Source of the DNA: Carcharhinus amblyrhynchos
Lineage: Eukaryota
Direction: 5' to 3'
DNA length: 64,000 nt
Assembly: GCA_965287045.1 (NCBI GenBank)
Contig: OZ336878.1
Coordinates: forward strand, 26,350,001-26,414,000
Shown here: piece by piece, positions 12,186 to 24,045 of the stretch
Layout: each line of letters starts with the position of its first letter
Position numbering within the stretch: position 1 is the first letter of the stretch
Notes under the pieces: generated by a model
What the model was told of the DNA's origin: nothing
The model's database searches: none
Seen by the model: the letters and a program-made list of their open reading frames with translations, nothing else
Translations under genes and position numbers: made by a program

Positions 12186-13914
12186 TTGCGGTCTGGTTGA
12201 TTCCTCGCCCCGTTTTTGAACAGGTGTGTGTAACATTTTCAATCGGCCACTCCTCTGGTGACCACCCTCGCTTCCCACCAGCCCCCCTCCCCCCAACGCC
12301 CCAAAATCAAAAAAAATGACTTCTTCGAACATTGTCCTCACTCCCCTCAGCAGCCTAGGAACGGGGGTAGTTGATAACTCTAATAGATATTCATCTATTG
12401 AGCATCCCTCTTCATATTTGACCAAGCAAAATTGCTTCTCACCATCCTGTACCACAACATTAACTCCAACCTTTTGTTTTGTGCAGTATTCATCGTGCAC
12501 TTGGCTCCACAAGAAGATTTCTGCAATTTTCTCACCATTCCTTTTGAACATCATTTAACTTTTTACATGTTTATAAAAATGTTTTTACATTTCCTTTTAA
12601 TGTTGCCCTCTTTGCCCTTCCTATGTCTTTCTTTTCAATTCACTCTCCGACTGGATTCGGTGCATTTGTCTTAAACTTCCTTTATGTTTTACTTTTTTTT
12701 GTCACCCCGAGAGCTCCAGCTGTCATAACATTCCATCTTATTAGAATGCCCTTGATTTATACTCGAAATATTTCCTTCTTGGAAAGCCCGCCGTTGCTCA
12801 TTGTTTAAAACGCATCAGAGTAAAAATCGCCACAATGAATAACATTTTAACGGATTCGAGTTTGAAGGGGAAGATCCGTTTTATGAGATACCACACGGCC
12901 AAATAAGTATAGCACGGGCTGAATCCTTGTTAAACAAATGAAGTTAACTTAAAGTTGTGCTGAAATAAAAGGTTTCAACTTTCTTTTGTTGGGTCATTGA
13001 AATGTTGCATAAATTCGGAGAGATAACACAGCGAGTCCGGCATTCCTGTAGGCGATGTTGTCCCTGGGTCTTTAGGAATGAAAACTACGAGACATTAAAG
13101 CTAGCATTGCAGAGACATCCCTCCGAATGCAGAGAGAATGAGCGGATCTGATAGGGAACGAAATGGAGAGAGAAAATAAACAGGAAGGAGAGGTAAAAGT
13201 CGAGAGAGGTGTACGCAGCCAAGTTAGAAAACAAGGGCAAAGAGAAGGTGACAGAGACAGAAAAGGGGGAAAGTAACTGGGGATAAAAAAAAGGACGGCT
13301 CGGAGTTTGAAGCAGGCCGGATCTGACAGAGTCTCAAAATAGCTCGGCAGTGTCCTTATGTAACAATTTAAAAAAAAGCACATCCTAAGCAAAGGAGACA
13401 GCCCTTTAGGAATTACCCGTGCTACCGTCAAAAAGCGCAACCGACATTTAGACAAAAGAGGCCTGTGCAATGTGCTCAATAAGACGTACTTTGTACAGAT
13501 GAACATTCGTTCTGTATTTCTCTGAATTGTATTTACGCAACAATGAGGATAAAAGTGCACCACACGGCAATTGTTAATCTCCACAGTATCAAGTTTCCAA
13601 CAACCCAGAGAGTAATGCTTCGAAGTTCCCACGTTCTAACCGTGCAGTGCAAATAGGTCAAAACGCAAAGGCTCGGTAAGAAATGTGCATGAGTGTTAAA
13701 AAAAACACCAAAATAAAAAAGTTAAAGTAATGTACCAACAACTTGATGGTATTTCAAAATTACATTCTAGTCACTGAATAACTGATGCTGACAACATTTT
13801 ACATTCGTGTGTATTCATTCTTTTTGATTACGGGTAACCTGGATTAGAATTAGGCGTGTCATAGATTACATCGACACTCCTTTGCAATATGTTAAACGCG
13901 GTTTATATCCAAAA

Positions 13915-14110
13915 TCCTCAGCAGGTCTGGCAGCCTCTGAGGCGACAGAATGAACATTTCAGGCCGGTGACTTCTTGAACCTTCGATTGATCGAAGACCC
14001 AAGGGTCATCGACCTGAAACGCTAACCCTGTTTCCCTCTTCATAGACGCCGCCAGACCTGTTGAGTATTTCCAGTATTTCTGATTTCAGATTCCCAGCCT
14101 CCGCGATCAC
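13915..14110. repeat. Palindromic repeat, both arms
   Basis: ctcagcaggtctggcagc ... gccgccagacctgttgag inverted arms. Confidence 0.75.
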
Positions 14111-17100
14111 TTGCTCTTGTGTAAGATGTATGGCCCTCTGTTTCTGTGCCTTTGGAGGTCTCTACATTTCTACATGCTTTGTTGTTTGTGCGCTGGTTTT
14201 GCCTGCTTAAATGAGTGTGCTGGGGTCGTTACATGTGTCAGTCCGTGTTGCACTTATGTGCTGCAATTGCACATGTGCATGCTGATGTTTGGGGATGCGT
14301 GTGTCAGTGTGCTGGTACATGTGCATACGTGTCTTTGTTATGTTGTCCCTTCGCCTTTCTGGGAAACGTTTAAAGAATTACGCTAAGACGCACGGTGATT
14401 GCGTTCCGTTGACAGTACTTAGTCCGGTTATCTTTCCAAATCGTTGTTAAAATGCTTTACAGATGATCAAAGGGGATTTGGACCACTCCGTTTGGCTTTA
14501 AGGGAGAAAAGGAACTTTTACCTAGTGATGGCATTTAAATCCCTTTGCCGCTCACACTGCTGGCAATAGTTTGACAAACCTTCCTAAACTGATAGAGAAA
14601 GCAACAAAGTGAATTATTCAAACTGCGGTACTAGATATTTGATTTCCCAATATGCTTTTAGCCCATAAAGTGGTAGACGCTTAGACACTGCGTCCAGTGC
14701 ACGTACACACTATGCACAAATATGTGGAGACGCGGGTGTACTTAGGTTGATGAATAGATGCTCATGCTCACCGGCATGGAAATAGCTCAGATATACAAGT
14801 TGCACGTACATGCAGTGGCCAGGTACACACACACACACATATTATATATACAGTATGCCCATGTGAATACCATGAACGAGTACATTCATGAACACCGAGC
14901 GCATAGACAAATTAACTGCAAAGCTTATACGTGGATATTCGAGACAGATGCAGTTCGGATCACAGTAGCACTGTACACACCAGGGGAACGCATTCCTGCC
15001 GAAGGAACATACATACACGGGGATAGTTCACCCCATGTGTTGGGTATTATCAACGCCACAATACGTGGAATTATATGGATTGTCATAAATGTGAAACTTT
15101 CCATTCGGAATGAAAAGATCAAATTACTATTTATGATGTCATTTGCCTTTATTCTCAGTCTTAGCCCCTTTCATTTAGATAATTGATTTTTTTTTCCCCT
15201 GGCGTTTCTTGGGAGTAATTTGTTACAGTTTTTAAGATGCTTTAAAAATGATCAAAAGGGTTTAGAGCCACTCAGTGCTGAGTTGGGGGGAGGGGGGATA
15301 GAGAAGAAGCTTTTTTTTAGTGATGGCATTTAAACTCCTTTGCCGCAAAACTGCTGACAAGTTGATATTTTCCTATTGCAGAGTTCCAAAAAAAAAGCTG
15401 GATTCAACCCCAGTAAAAGAATGAGGTTTGCATTTATTTTTCCCCCTCCTCTCTCTTTTGTCTTTTTAAGGCTGTCAGAGTACGTTAGCCTCTCAGAAAA
15501 TTAGTCGTTTGGATCATCTTCTTACCAAAACAAAATCTGAGCTTTTTAAAGCAATACCGGATTATAGCAAGGGGCTTTGTTTTGCTAAATCGAAGGATTA
15601 GAGAAGATTTGCCACCATAACGTTGTGGTTTTATCGTCCTTTTATCCCTTCGTGTTGGTAAAGCTGTGTTGCTTCGGGATTAAGGTTTTACAAAGACCTT
15701 CCTTGTGCTGCTCTGAGGCAGATAGGTGCAAATCCACGGATATGGGAGGCTTGCCTAGGTTGCTGTTGGCCACAAATCCGCATGTAAATTCTACTGCCGC
15801 CAGATCCAGTGGCTAGCAATATGGATTTTTCACATCTCCATAGTCAAGTTTAGAAAAAAAAGTTATATGATGAAGCATTCACACGGACCCTTAAACCGCT
15901 AAGGTTTTGAGGATTTTTTTTTTGAACGGGATCAAATAAGTCAAGGTTCGAGCTCCCTAATACTTTATCAAAGGAAAAGAGCCTTTATTTGTATCCACGT
16001 ACTCTCGGAGATCAAGTTATCCATTCAAAGCAGACTATATGTATTATGAAGAGGCTCCAAATAAGGTCGCCTACTTCGAAAGCACGGGGGCTATTATGTT
16101 ATGTACAGACGCGCAGTAAAATAATAAAATAGAAAATGAAAACAAAATATTCAATTTTAAGCATATCACATACTTGACATACGTCAGGCCAGTCCTCCTC
16201 TCTGATCATGTGTGGGAGTTTAACTCTCCGTTCTAAAGTTCAGCTTTCTAAATGCATTGGAAGTGTGAAAGGATATGATAGATATCATGAAAGCGGATGT
16301 AAGTGAGTCTTTCCCCTCCTAGGAGTTGTATGGATTATTTGCTCCCATTGCATATCTCTGGAATATCACTCACATATTTGACTGTGGTTACGAGTGTTCT
16401 GTAGCTAAAAATTACTGAGACATAGACATATCTTACTTATTTAGGTAAAATAAAACCTTCCTACGGTTGCTAATGAACACTTGTTTCAAATTACACTCCC
16501 CACTGTCCTAAAAAAAAGTGATTAAACAAGGAGATGGAGACGGTGGGATATCTGGAGACACACACTCAAAACCAACCAAAAACATGCACATATACACTGA
16601 GACACACGTTGACAGATGCAAACACCCCAATACATGCAGACTGACAGAGCCCCCGAATGCTGGATGCCCGAGTAGTTTGCCAGGATTAAACCAGAGTATG
16701 CCCCGTGATTAACCCAGGTTTCAACAAACAGCCCTAGAGAACCCGCCAATAGGCTTGGACAACCTGGTAGCCACTGTCAAAAATCGCGAAGAAACACTTC
16801 AATTGTTTAGACTGATGAGGCTGGCGAGCTGTTTGTACCCGTATCCACGAGGTAAAACATTCTTCATATTAAAAGTGACTTTTTTTTTCATAATTGGAAA
16901 TCTATTCCACTAATCGAATCGTGTCATTGGTGGAGTTCCACCGTGTGTCCCCGATACCTGCGTCCTTCTGACCTCTAATCAGAGTGCGTTTTATATTTTG
17001 AATATTATGCAAATTATTTTGTAAAGTTATAATCGCTCCTGTTCAAAGTTACTAGGAACTAAACAACTCAAGTGTGACGGTTCCCATGAAAAAGATATAT

Positions 17101-20100
17101 GTTTTGATTTGAGGAAGGCAGGACACATCCGAATTCCGACGAACTTTCAAGGAAATCATTTTATCTTTAGTCGAGAATATTAAAACTCTAGCAGAGCCAG
17201 ACAGCTTCGGTTCTGGTCCTATTAAAATCCTACAACTATTTAGTCAGGCAGAGATTTTGAGTGATCCGAGAGGGAAGTGAAAGTGGAAGAGAGAGAAGTT
17301 CTTAGTTACATCCGACTATGTTTAAAACTTCACTTTTATCCCCGCTTGTTATCTATCGTGCTTTAAATAATAGGACTGATCTTTTTTAAAAAAAACTTCT
17401 ACTTCAAATCGTCAAAATGGATCTGATTTATTTAGTTTTGAAGAGCTCCTTTTCATAAAGTTGAACACTAATTGCGATGGCAACGGGAACCAGATAGGGG
17501 TCGTTAGAAAGTTCGATCCCAGAGCATCAGGTTGCCAGAATCCCCACCTCTAGGAACGCTCCCATGTCAGGCTTTAGTGACCACACTCAGTGGAAGTGCC
17601 CTATTTTATGCATATAGAAGAGTTTCTTCAAATATTGAAGCAAAGTTGATTCCCGCTTTTCTTGAAGACTAATTTTAAATCACAAATTTTCAGTTTTGGA
17701 CTTCGCGTTTGTGGAGAAGCTGCATTCGGATTTTACCTGGCGTCCCAAGTGTACCTGTTAATTTAGGAAGTTGCAACGTACCAAGTTGCTATTTTCTTTC
17801 CATCTGGTCTCAAATTTAAAAAAAAATTCAAAAAAAATTCTAACGACGTTTCCAGTGCAATATTTATCTCTGTTAATCCAAAGGGTTTGCTTTATTCTAT
17901 TCAAGAATTCGGACTGTGCTTTTCTGCCCCGCATCCTCTACAGATCAGAGCCTATTGATTGGGTGTTTACAATGGGTTGTAGCTCCTGTGTATTGCAATT
18001 AATTTAAATAATCTATTGCATTGATATACTGTGGAATTTGGTGTGCAAGAGGTCGAAGCAAAAGGAAGAGGGGAAAAATAGAAGAGTTGTGCACGAGTAG
18101 ATCTGCACAAGCCAGGCAAGATGAGATGTGTACCCGATTTACTGGAGCTAAACCAAGGCCTGGGAAAAATCCGTGTCTATCAGAGATACTGGTGTGCAAG
18201 ATTGGTCCTATATATAGTTGTATAGCCATCTATATTTCTGTGCATCGTTGTCTATTTATCGAGTGAGACGTTTCCAAATGTAGAATAATGCACCTTTAAT
18301 CTGAAATTTCACACTGAACAGAAAATGGCGTTAGGAGGGGGCAGTTTATGAACATCTGCGCGCAGATGTATGGATTTAGCTTGCTCCCAGCACAATGGTG
18401 TGGAGTGGAGTGGATGAAACTTTGTTCTCCTCCCAAAGGTGTGCTTATCTCTGTAAGCAGATTGGGGAGAAATAATCAAAGTGAGAGATCTCATGTATAT
18501 TTGAATTAATAACCTTAGGTGGGAGGGAGAGATTCCACTGCTAATTCTGATGCAATGCCTGCAATTTAGTTACATCAACCAGAGGTTTGGAGAAAGGTGT
18601 TTAATTATTGTTAGACTTGTTGTCAGACTAATAAAAATAATCGATGTTGATAAGTTGGATAGGGACAACTTTTTTTTACTGTAGCTATGATGTTTAAAAT
18701 GCTAATTATCTCGCAGAAGGAATTACAAATCGGGGCAAGTCGAGGTGAAGACCTGATAGGAAAGTCGGGCGGGGTGGCGGGGGGGGGGGGGGGGGGGGTG
18801 GAATAAATGAAAAGTTTTGTTGATAAACTATATAAAGTCGAGGAAACCCTTTTCGTTTAGCGACTAAGTAAGTACCGTCCATCTTGGGTTCAGGCATATT
18901 TGATGATATGATATTCAAAATATTAATGGGAGGTTAAAACCATCTTCACAAAATGCGTTGTTCATTGCCGCAAACACAGTGATTGTGATGTTCAACGCTT
19001 TTGATTAAATTATTTATTTAGACTGTACAAAATACATTCATTCAATAAGTTGACTTCAACACTCAGTGTCAACCCCTTGTCACTTGTAACCTTTTCGACT
19101 GGAAATAATTTTCCTGCAAATGTTGCGAAAAGTATCGGGGCAGAGCTGGCTGGACTGCGGCAGACAAACTGCAACAACTGAGACTTCCGGAATTTCAAAG
19201 TCAGACTTCAATTAGAACCCAATGAGCTATTCATATATGTCTAAGGGTTTCATAATGTCGAGTTTGTGGCTTTGCTTAAGATCATTATTTTGGTTTGCAA
19301 TTAATCCGTTTGAAGTTGACGAATAAAACAACGTTAAGGAGAATTAATGAGCAGAATGGGTGAAGTGGAGGAGCTGGGTAATGCAGAAGCCATTGTGACA
19401 TTCAAATCACCTTAAACTCCTACTTTGGGCAGTTGTAAAAGGAGAGAGAAAAAAATGAAAGAAAATGACATTCCAGTCACCTAAAACTTTCTTAAGCGAG
19501 ATTAGAAGGAGAATTGGCGGCTCTTGTCATCAATAAAACGATTTTCTTTTGGTCGGTGTGTGAAGTACAGGTGTAGGAGAGGAGATCCTCGCTAACAGGT
19601 AGGTCTATTCATCCAGCCTGCTGCCTAATTCTCCCACAGCCCTGCTCAGACGAAGCCGGCGCTAATAACATGTCGTGTAGATGGCTGCTGGCAAATTGCT
19701 TTGTTATTCTTGTCAGAGGAGGTCCCTAGGAACCAGTCAATTTTAAACGATACATCAAAATGATTAATTGCCTTTAAATGAGCAGCTGTTGGGTACCCTT
19801 GGACGGGTTGGATGCAAAGGGGAAAAAACAGAAAAGAGCAAAAGAGGCTGCAAATATAATATATTCATAAAGTAAAAGTGATTAGATCTATTAATTAGCT
19901 GACAGCCGCCAATAGCCTCCCTTTTCTAGTTTCAGATGTTTAGTTGTTTGGGGGTTGGGGGTGGGAGGTGGGAGAGGGTTTAGGGGTTGTGCTGGCGTCT
20001 CTGTAACTCTAAGAAGTCCCGGAGACAATTCCGAAGCTTTTCTTTTATTTCCTCGGTCTTTATTCTTTGCCCGTCTCAAATATTATTACATATCGTTCAG

Positions 20101-20169
20101 AGAGAGGGAAAATAAGATTGATGGCACTATAGTTCGAATGGATAACGCGCCCTTGTTATTCTGTGCTTT

Positions 20170-20762
20170 GCTGGGGATATAAAACCGTGCATACAGTACA
20201 GGACAGAGAGGAGGCCATAAATACAAAAAAGGGATAAGTTTGTAAAACAAGACTTGTAAGTTTTTTTGTGAGATCGCCAGATGAAATATGAAGAGGTAGG
20301 GGCAAAGGCAAGGAGGGAATGCTGTAAAGAAACCAACCTTCTTAATATTTTACTTAAACCCCTCTGACGGGACTGGACGCTAGTCTGCATTAAGCTGCAC
20401 TGAAAGCTGGCTTTAAGGAAAAGCTGGGAGGAATTTATTCTTGCTTTAATTGCTTTAGAACGGCTCCCACAATGACTCATTTGAGAGATTTTGCGCCCAT
20501 TTAAGTCCCTACTTTCAGCAGTTCACAAGTTAATCCCCTTTCATTCTGCAGACCCGCAGTTGGCATGAGACAAGGGAGCCTGCTAGACAGGAACTTAAAC
20601 ATATAAGCAGCCAGTGTATTTTAGCGGACACTTCCAAACAACAGCAGCAACAGGAGCGTGGAAACAGGAGAACACTGTGGAAAAAAAAGTGTGAAAAAAA
20701 AGAGTTGAGAGAAGGATTGGAGAAATATGCAAAATAAATGTTTAAAAAAGGTTACGGTTAGT
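20170..20762 (+). promoter_or_regulatory. Candidate promoter / alternative first exon
   Basis: TATAAAA 20178-20184, AP-1 TGACTCA 20473-20479, TAATCC 20531-20536, TATAAG 20602-20607, possible donor ACG/GTTAGT at 20756/20757. Motif-level evidence only. Confidence 0.3.
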
Positions 20763-21581
20763 CACGAACAGGAAAGCAGAGGTAAATTGTGAAATAAGAA
20801 CATGCACTGGCAAGGAGCGGCTTCAGAAATTGTTTAACTAGCTGGACACAAAACTCTTCCAGCAATCTTTAAGAGAAATGTTCCAAGTATTACCCCTTAA
20901 AGATCTCACCATCCCTATATCAGAGCAAAGTTTTATCCTGCACTATGGGAAGGAGACGCTATCTAACACACATCAAGGAGAGACGGGCATTATTGTTTTA
21001 ATCCTCTTACCAGTAGTCATTTTAAGGCAGTTTTTTTGGTGTGTGGAATGGCGTCGTGTTGCCCCCAATCCCAGTTTAAGCCGTCAGGGCTGGGAGAGAT
21101 TGTATGGGAAGGACCCGGGACTCTATTAGCAATATCCAGAGGGTTAGAGACGTCCATTCTGCTGCAGGGAGCATGACAAATCTGAAAAGCAAATAAAATC
21201 AACGGTTGAGTTCGTCAACTCTGCACCAAAAAAAAGTCTGTACAGTTCTGACTAACAGAAAAAAATGATATCCATGTACAAAGGGCACTTAAATACTGTG
21301 CACTTTCATGTGCTGTGGGGAGGGGGTAAAGTTGGGTCCTTCTTGTTGATAACATATTATAAATTCCTTATTGTGTTTTAATGTTTGAAGCTGATTTGAT
21401 CTGTCCAGATAGGAATGTGACGCAGGTTGTTTTACAAGAAGTTTGTGGAGAAGTGAGAGGGAGAGCGGAGAGGCCATGTTTTGATTGACATATTGAAGGG
21501 CCATTGAAATCCTGCAGACTTGCTCTTGGCTCCCGAAGCACGCCACTGATTCTGTTTTAAAATTCTGCATCAGCCGACTTC

Positions 21582-21594
21582 CCAGCAGATGGCA
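21582..21594 (+). promoter_or_regulatory. CTCF-binding motif
   Basis: CCAGCAGATGGCA matches the CTCF core CCASYAGRKGGC. Confidence 0.55.
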
Positions 21595-21639
21595 ACATAC
21601 CCTGTCATTGGCTACAACTTTCTAATCTGCAAGAACGGA

Positions 21640-21856
21640 GTGTGAGAGACTGTGTGAGTGTGTGTGTGTATGAGAGAGAGAGACTAATACAAAAAGAGAG
21701 ACAAGAGGTGTCTGTAGACAGAAGTAAAACGTCAGAACTATCTTACTGAACAATTTCAAAATCGCTAAGTGTCACATATTCTGCCTTATTATTGACGAGC
21801 TCTTGAACTAGGAGTGTATCCTCCGTGGGCTACGGCCAAGGTTCAGCGTTGGAAAG
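21640..21856 (+). other. DMBX1: Candidate non-coding 5'-UTR exon of DMBX1 (5' end uncertain)
   Basis: Perfect donor AAG/GTAAGT at 21856/21857; no ATG in 21718-21856; preceded by ATTGG (reverse CCAAT) near 21607 and a CTCF motif; lies in the CpG-rich block. The coding exon has a splice acceptor, so an upstream exon is expected. Confidence 0.45.
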
Positions 21857-23157
21857 GTAAGTGCAGAATATAGACTTTTAAATTGAAGATGTGTGCTTAA
21901 CAAACTGTTCTCCTTTCTCTCAACGTTGGAACATGCATAGATGGATGAAGCGATATGTTTACACGTATACCTCAGTAAATGTATGCAAATTAATGACTTT
22001 GCCCCGATGTTTGGCATATTTACAGGCTGCTTGCTCGGATTTGTTTGCCGACTTGCCAAGTTTAATTTGTGCTGGTCTGATAATGACACGTTGGTTTGCT
22101 GGTGGGTCCCACGAACTGATCATCTTTTATTTATCCTTCCCCCCCACCCCCCACTTGTTTATTTTATATCTTATCAAAGAAAATGTATGCCCGCAATGAA
22201 AATTGATGCTTTTATTCTTTTAAAAAAAGGCTGCGTATCAGAACAATCTGATGTCTTCAAAGATCTGAACGTCAATCTTTCTGATTGTTTCCTTGGGGTG
22301 TACCTCTGTTAAAAGTCAGCGTTCATTCCCTGACTCGGAAAAGCTCCGGCAAAAGCATCTCTCAGACCTGTAACCTCAGCTCCGAGTGCCCAAATCAGTG
22401 CTATTTCTCACAAAGGTTACGCTGCGAGCCTTTGTAAGTAAAGAAATGTTCGCACTCAGGGGAAAGGGAAACCTTCGCATTGGATTCACTCAAACCTTTC
22501 CCGTGCCAAGCAAGATGTAAAGATGCAAAACTTCTGGATGCGCTTCACTTGTGTTTTGCTGCGCGGCAGTTTCCTTGTATCATTTACAGCGCCAGCTTTT
22601 CTAACAGTGGAAAACGCTTCGCTTTTTAGACAGACACATCAGTGATACACTCCCACCATCTCTCTGACAGGCGCCAGTTAAAAGGGGATCCGCGGTGTTG
22701 CAAATAGCACTTTATGGGAGCAGAAAGGAATTGATTAAAAAAGATGCTCGGATCCTGATTCAGTTCCTTAACTTCTTCCATATAATACTCCCATGCTGCG
22801 GAGAGTTTTTAAATATTTGTTTTTTTTGTAAAGGCGTCAACCGAATTCCCAGCGTTGGGGGGAGGGGGGGTGGTGAGCGGTGGTGGTGGATACTGGATAG
22901 TGGAGGATTAACGTCGCTCTACTGATGTGGAGACATTTCCCCAGCAAAGTTTCAAAAGGTTCCTTCAGTAAATCCGACTGGAGTTTTGAAGCTGTCTCCA
23001 ATACACTCCCCTTTGCGATAATTGTTCGGGGTACGGCGTGAGATAGGATCTTCCAGCTCCTGGACTTATTCTGCGAATTATGGGTCGGTTTCTGGTCCTG
23101 CTAGAATTTAGAAAAAGTTGTTTTATTTTATCCGTGTGACTTATTCATTAAAAAAAT

Positions 23158-23363
23158 GTAGACAGATAGGTAGATAGAATAGACAGATAGATAGAACAGA
23201 TAGATAGAACAGATCGATAGATAGATAGAACAGATAGATAGATAGAAATATAGCTAGATAGATAGAACAGATAGATAGATAGAAATATAGCTAGATAGAT
23301 AGAACAGATAGATAGATAGAACAGACAGATAGATAGATAGAACAGATAGAACAGATAGATAGA
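23158..23363 (+). repeat. Compound (AGAT)n microsatellite
   Basis: AGAT runs interrupted by AGAAC and a duplicated AGAAATATAGCT unit. Confidence 0.95.
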
Positions 23364-23926
23364 CCTGCACACTGTTGTAAAGATGCTGATTTGTTAGATT
23401 ATTCGACAATGAAAGTATGGCAAAGTTGTAATGACTCAGTGCAAAGCCCATTCGCCGTTCCCTCTATATTAGTAGCAGATTTGTCGCCAAGTTAGTCTAT
23501 AATTATCTGATCAAAAATCTGCTCAGGTTGGGCAGAGACCAGCTCTTCCCATTCAATATAGTCGAGCGAAATATTCCTCAACGGCCGCACATTCTCGACA
23601 ATGCGAAATCGGGAGAGATTGGGAAAGAGAGACACGATTGCACCGGAGATAAATATTTAGACAGCATATGTTACAGGTGAGGCAGGTGAGAAAGGGGAAA
23701 GAAAGGGACAAGAGGAAATAGAGAATGCGAAAAGATATTCATTGGAAAAAGAAGGGAACGATTCACGAATGGCGCATTGCCGAGAAAGTTTAAAAACAAA
23801 ATGAAGCACAAGTTAAATAAACAGTTTAAGAGAGAGAGAGATTGAATGACCAGTATCGAGCGAAATTAATAATGATGGAAAAGAGAGAGAGAGAAAGAGA
23901 TACCGAGAAAAGATGCAAATATATAA

Positions 23927-24045
23927 TTTGATTTGATTTATTATCACATGTATTAGTATACAGTGAAAATATTGTTTCTTGCGCGCTATATAGGGAGAGC
24001 ATACGGTTCATAGAGAATGAAACGAGAGTGCAGAATGTAGTGTTA
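23927..24045 (-). mobile_element. Rex1/Babar-type 3' UTR (short)
   Basis: Reverse complement of the tail at 4875-5000. Confidence 0.8.

Noticed and set aside
13072-13632. 186-aa ORF on the minus strand
   Set aside because: Low-complexity translation of a purine-rich tract; no recognisable domain or exon structure.
14758-15186. 142-aa ORF
   Set aside because: Runs through CA/TA-rich simple sequence; no recognisable homology.
23148-23451. ORFs rich in LSIY
   Set aside because: Translation of the (AGAT)n microsatellite.
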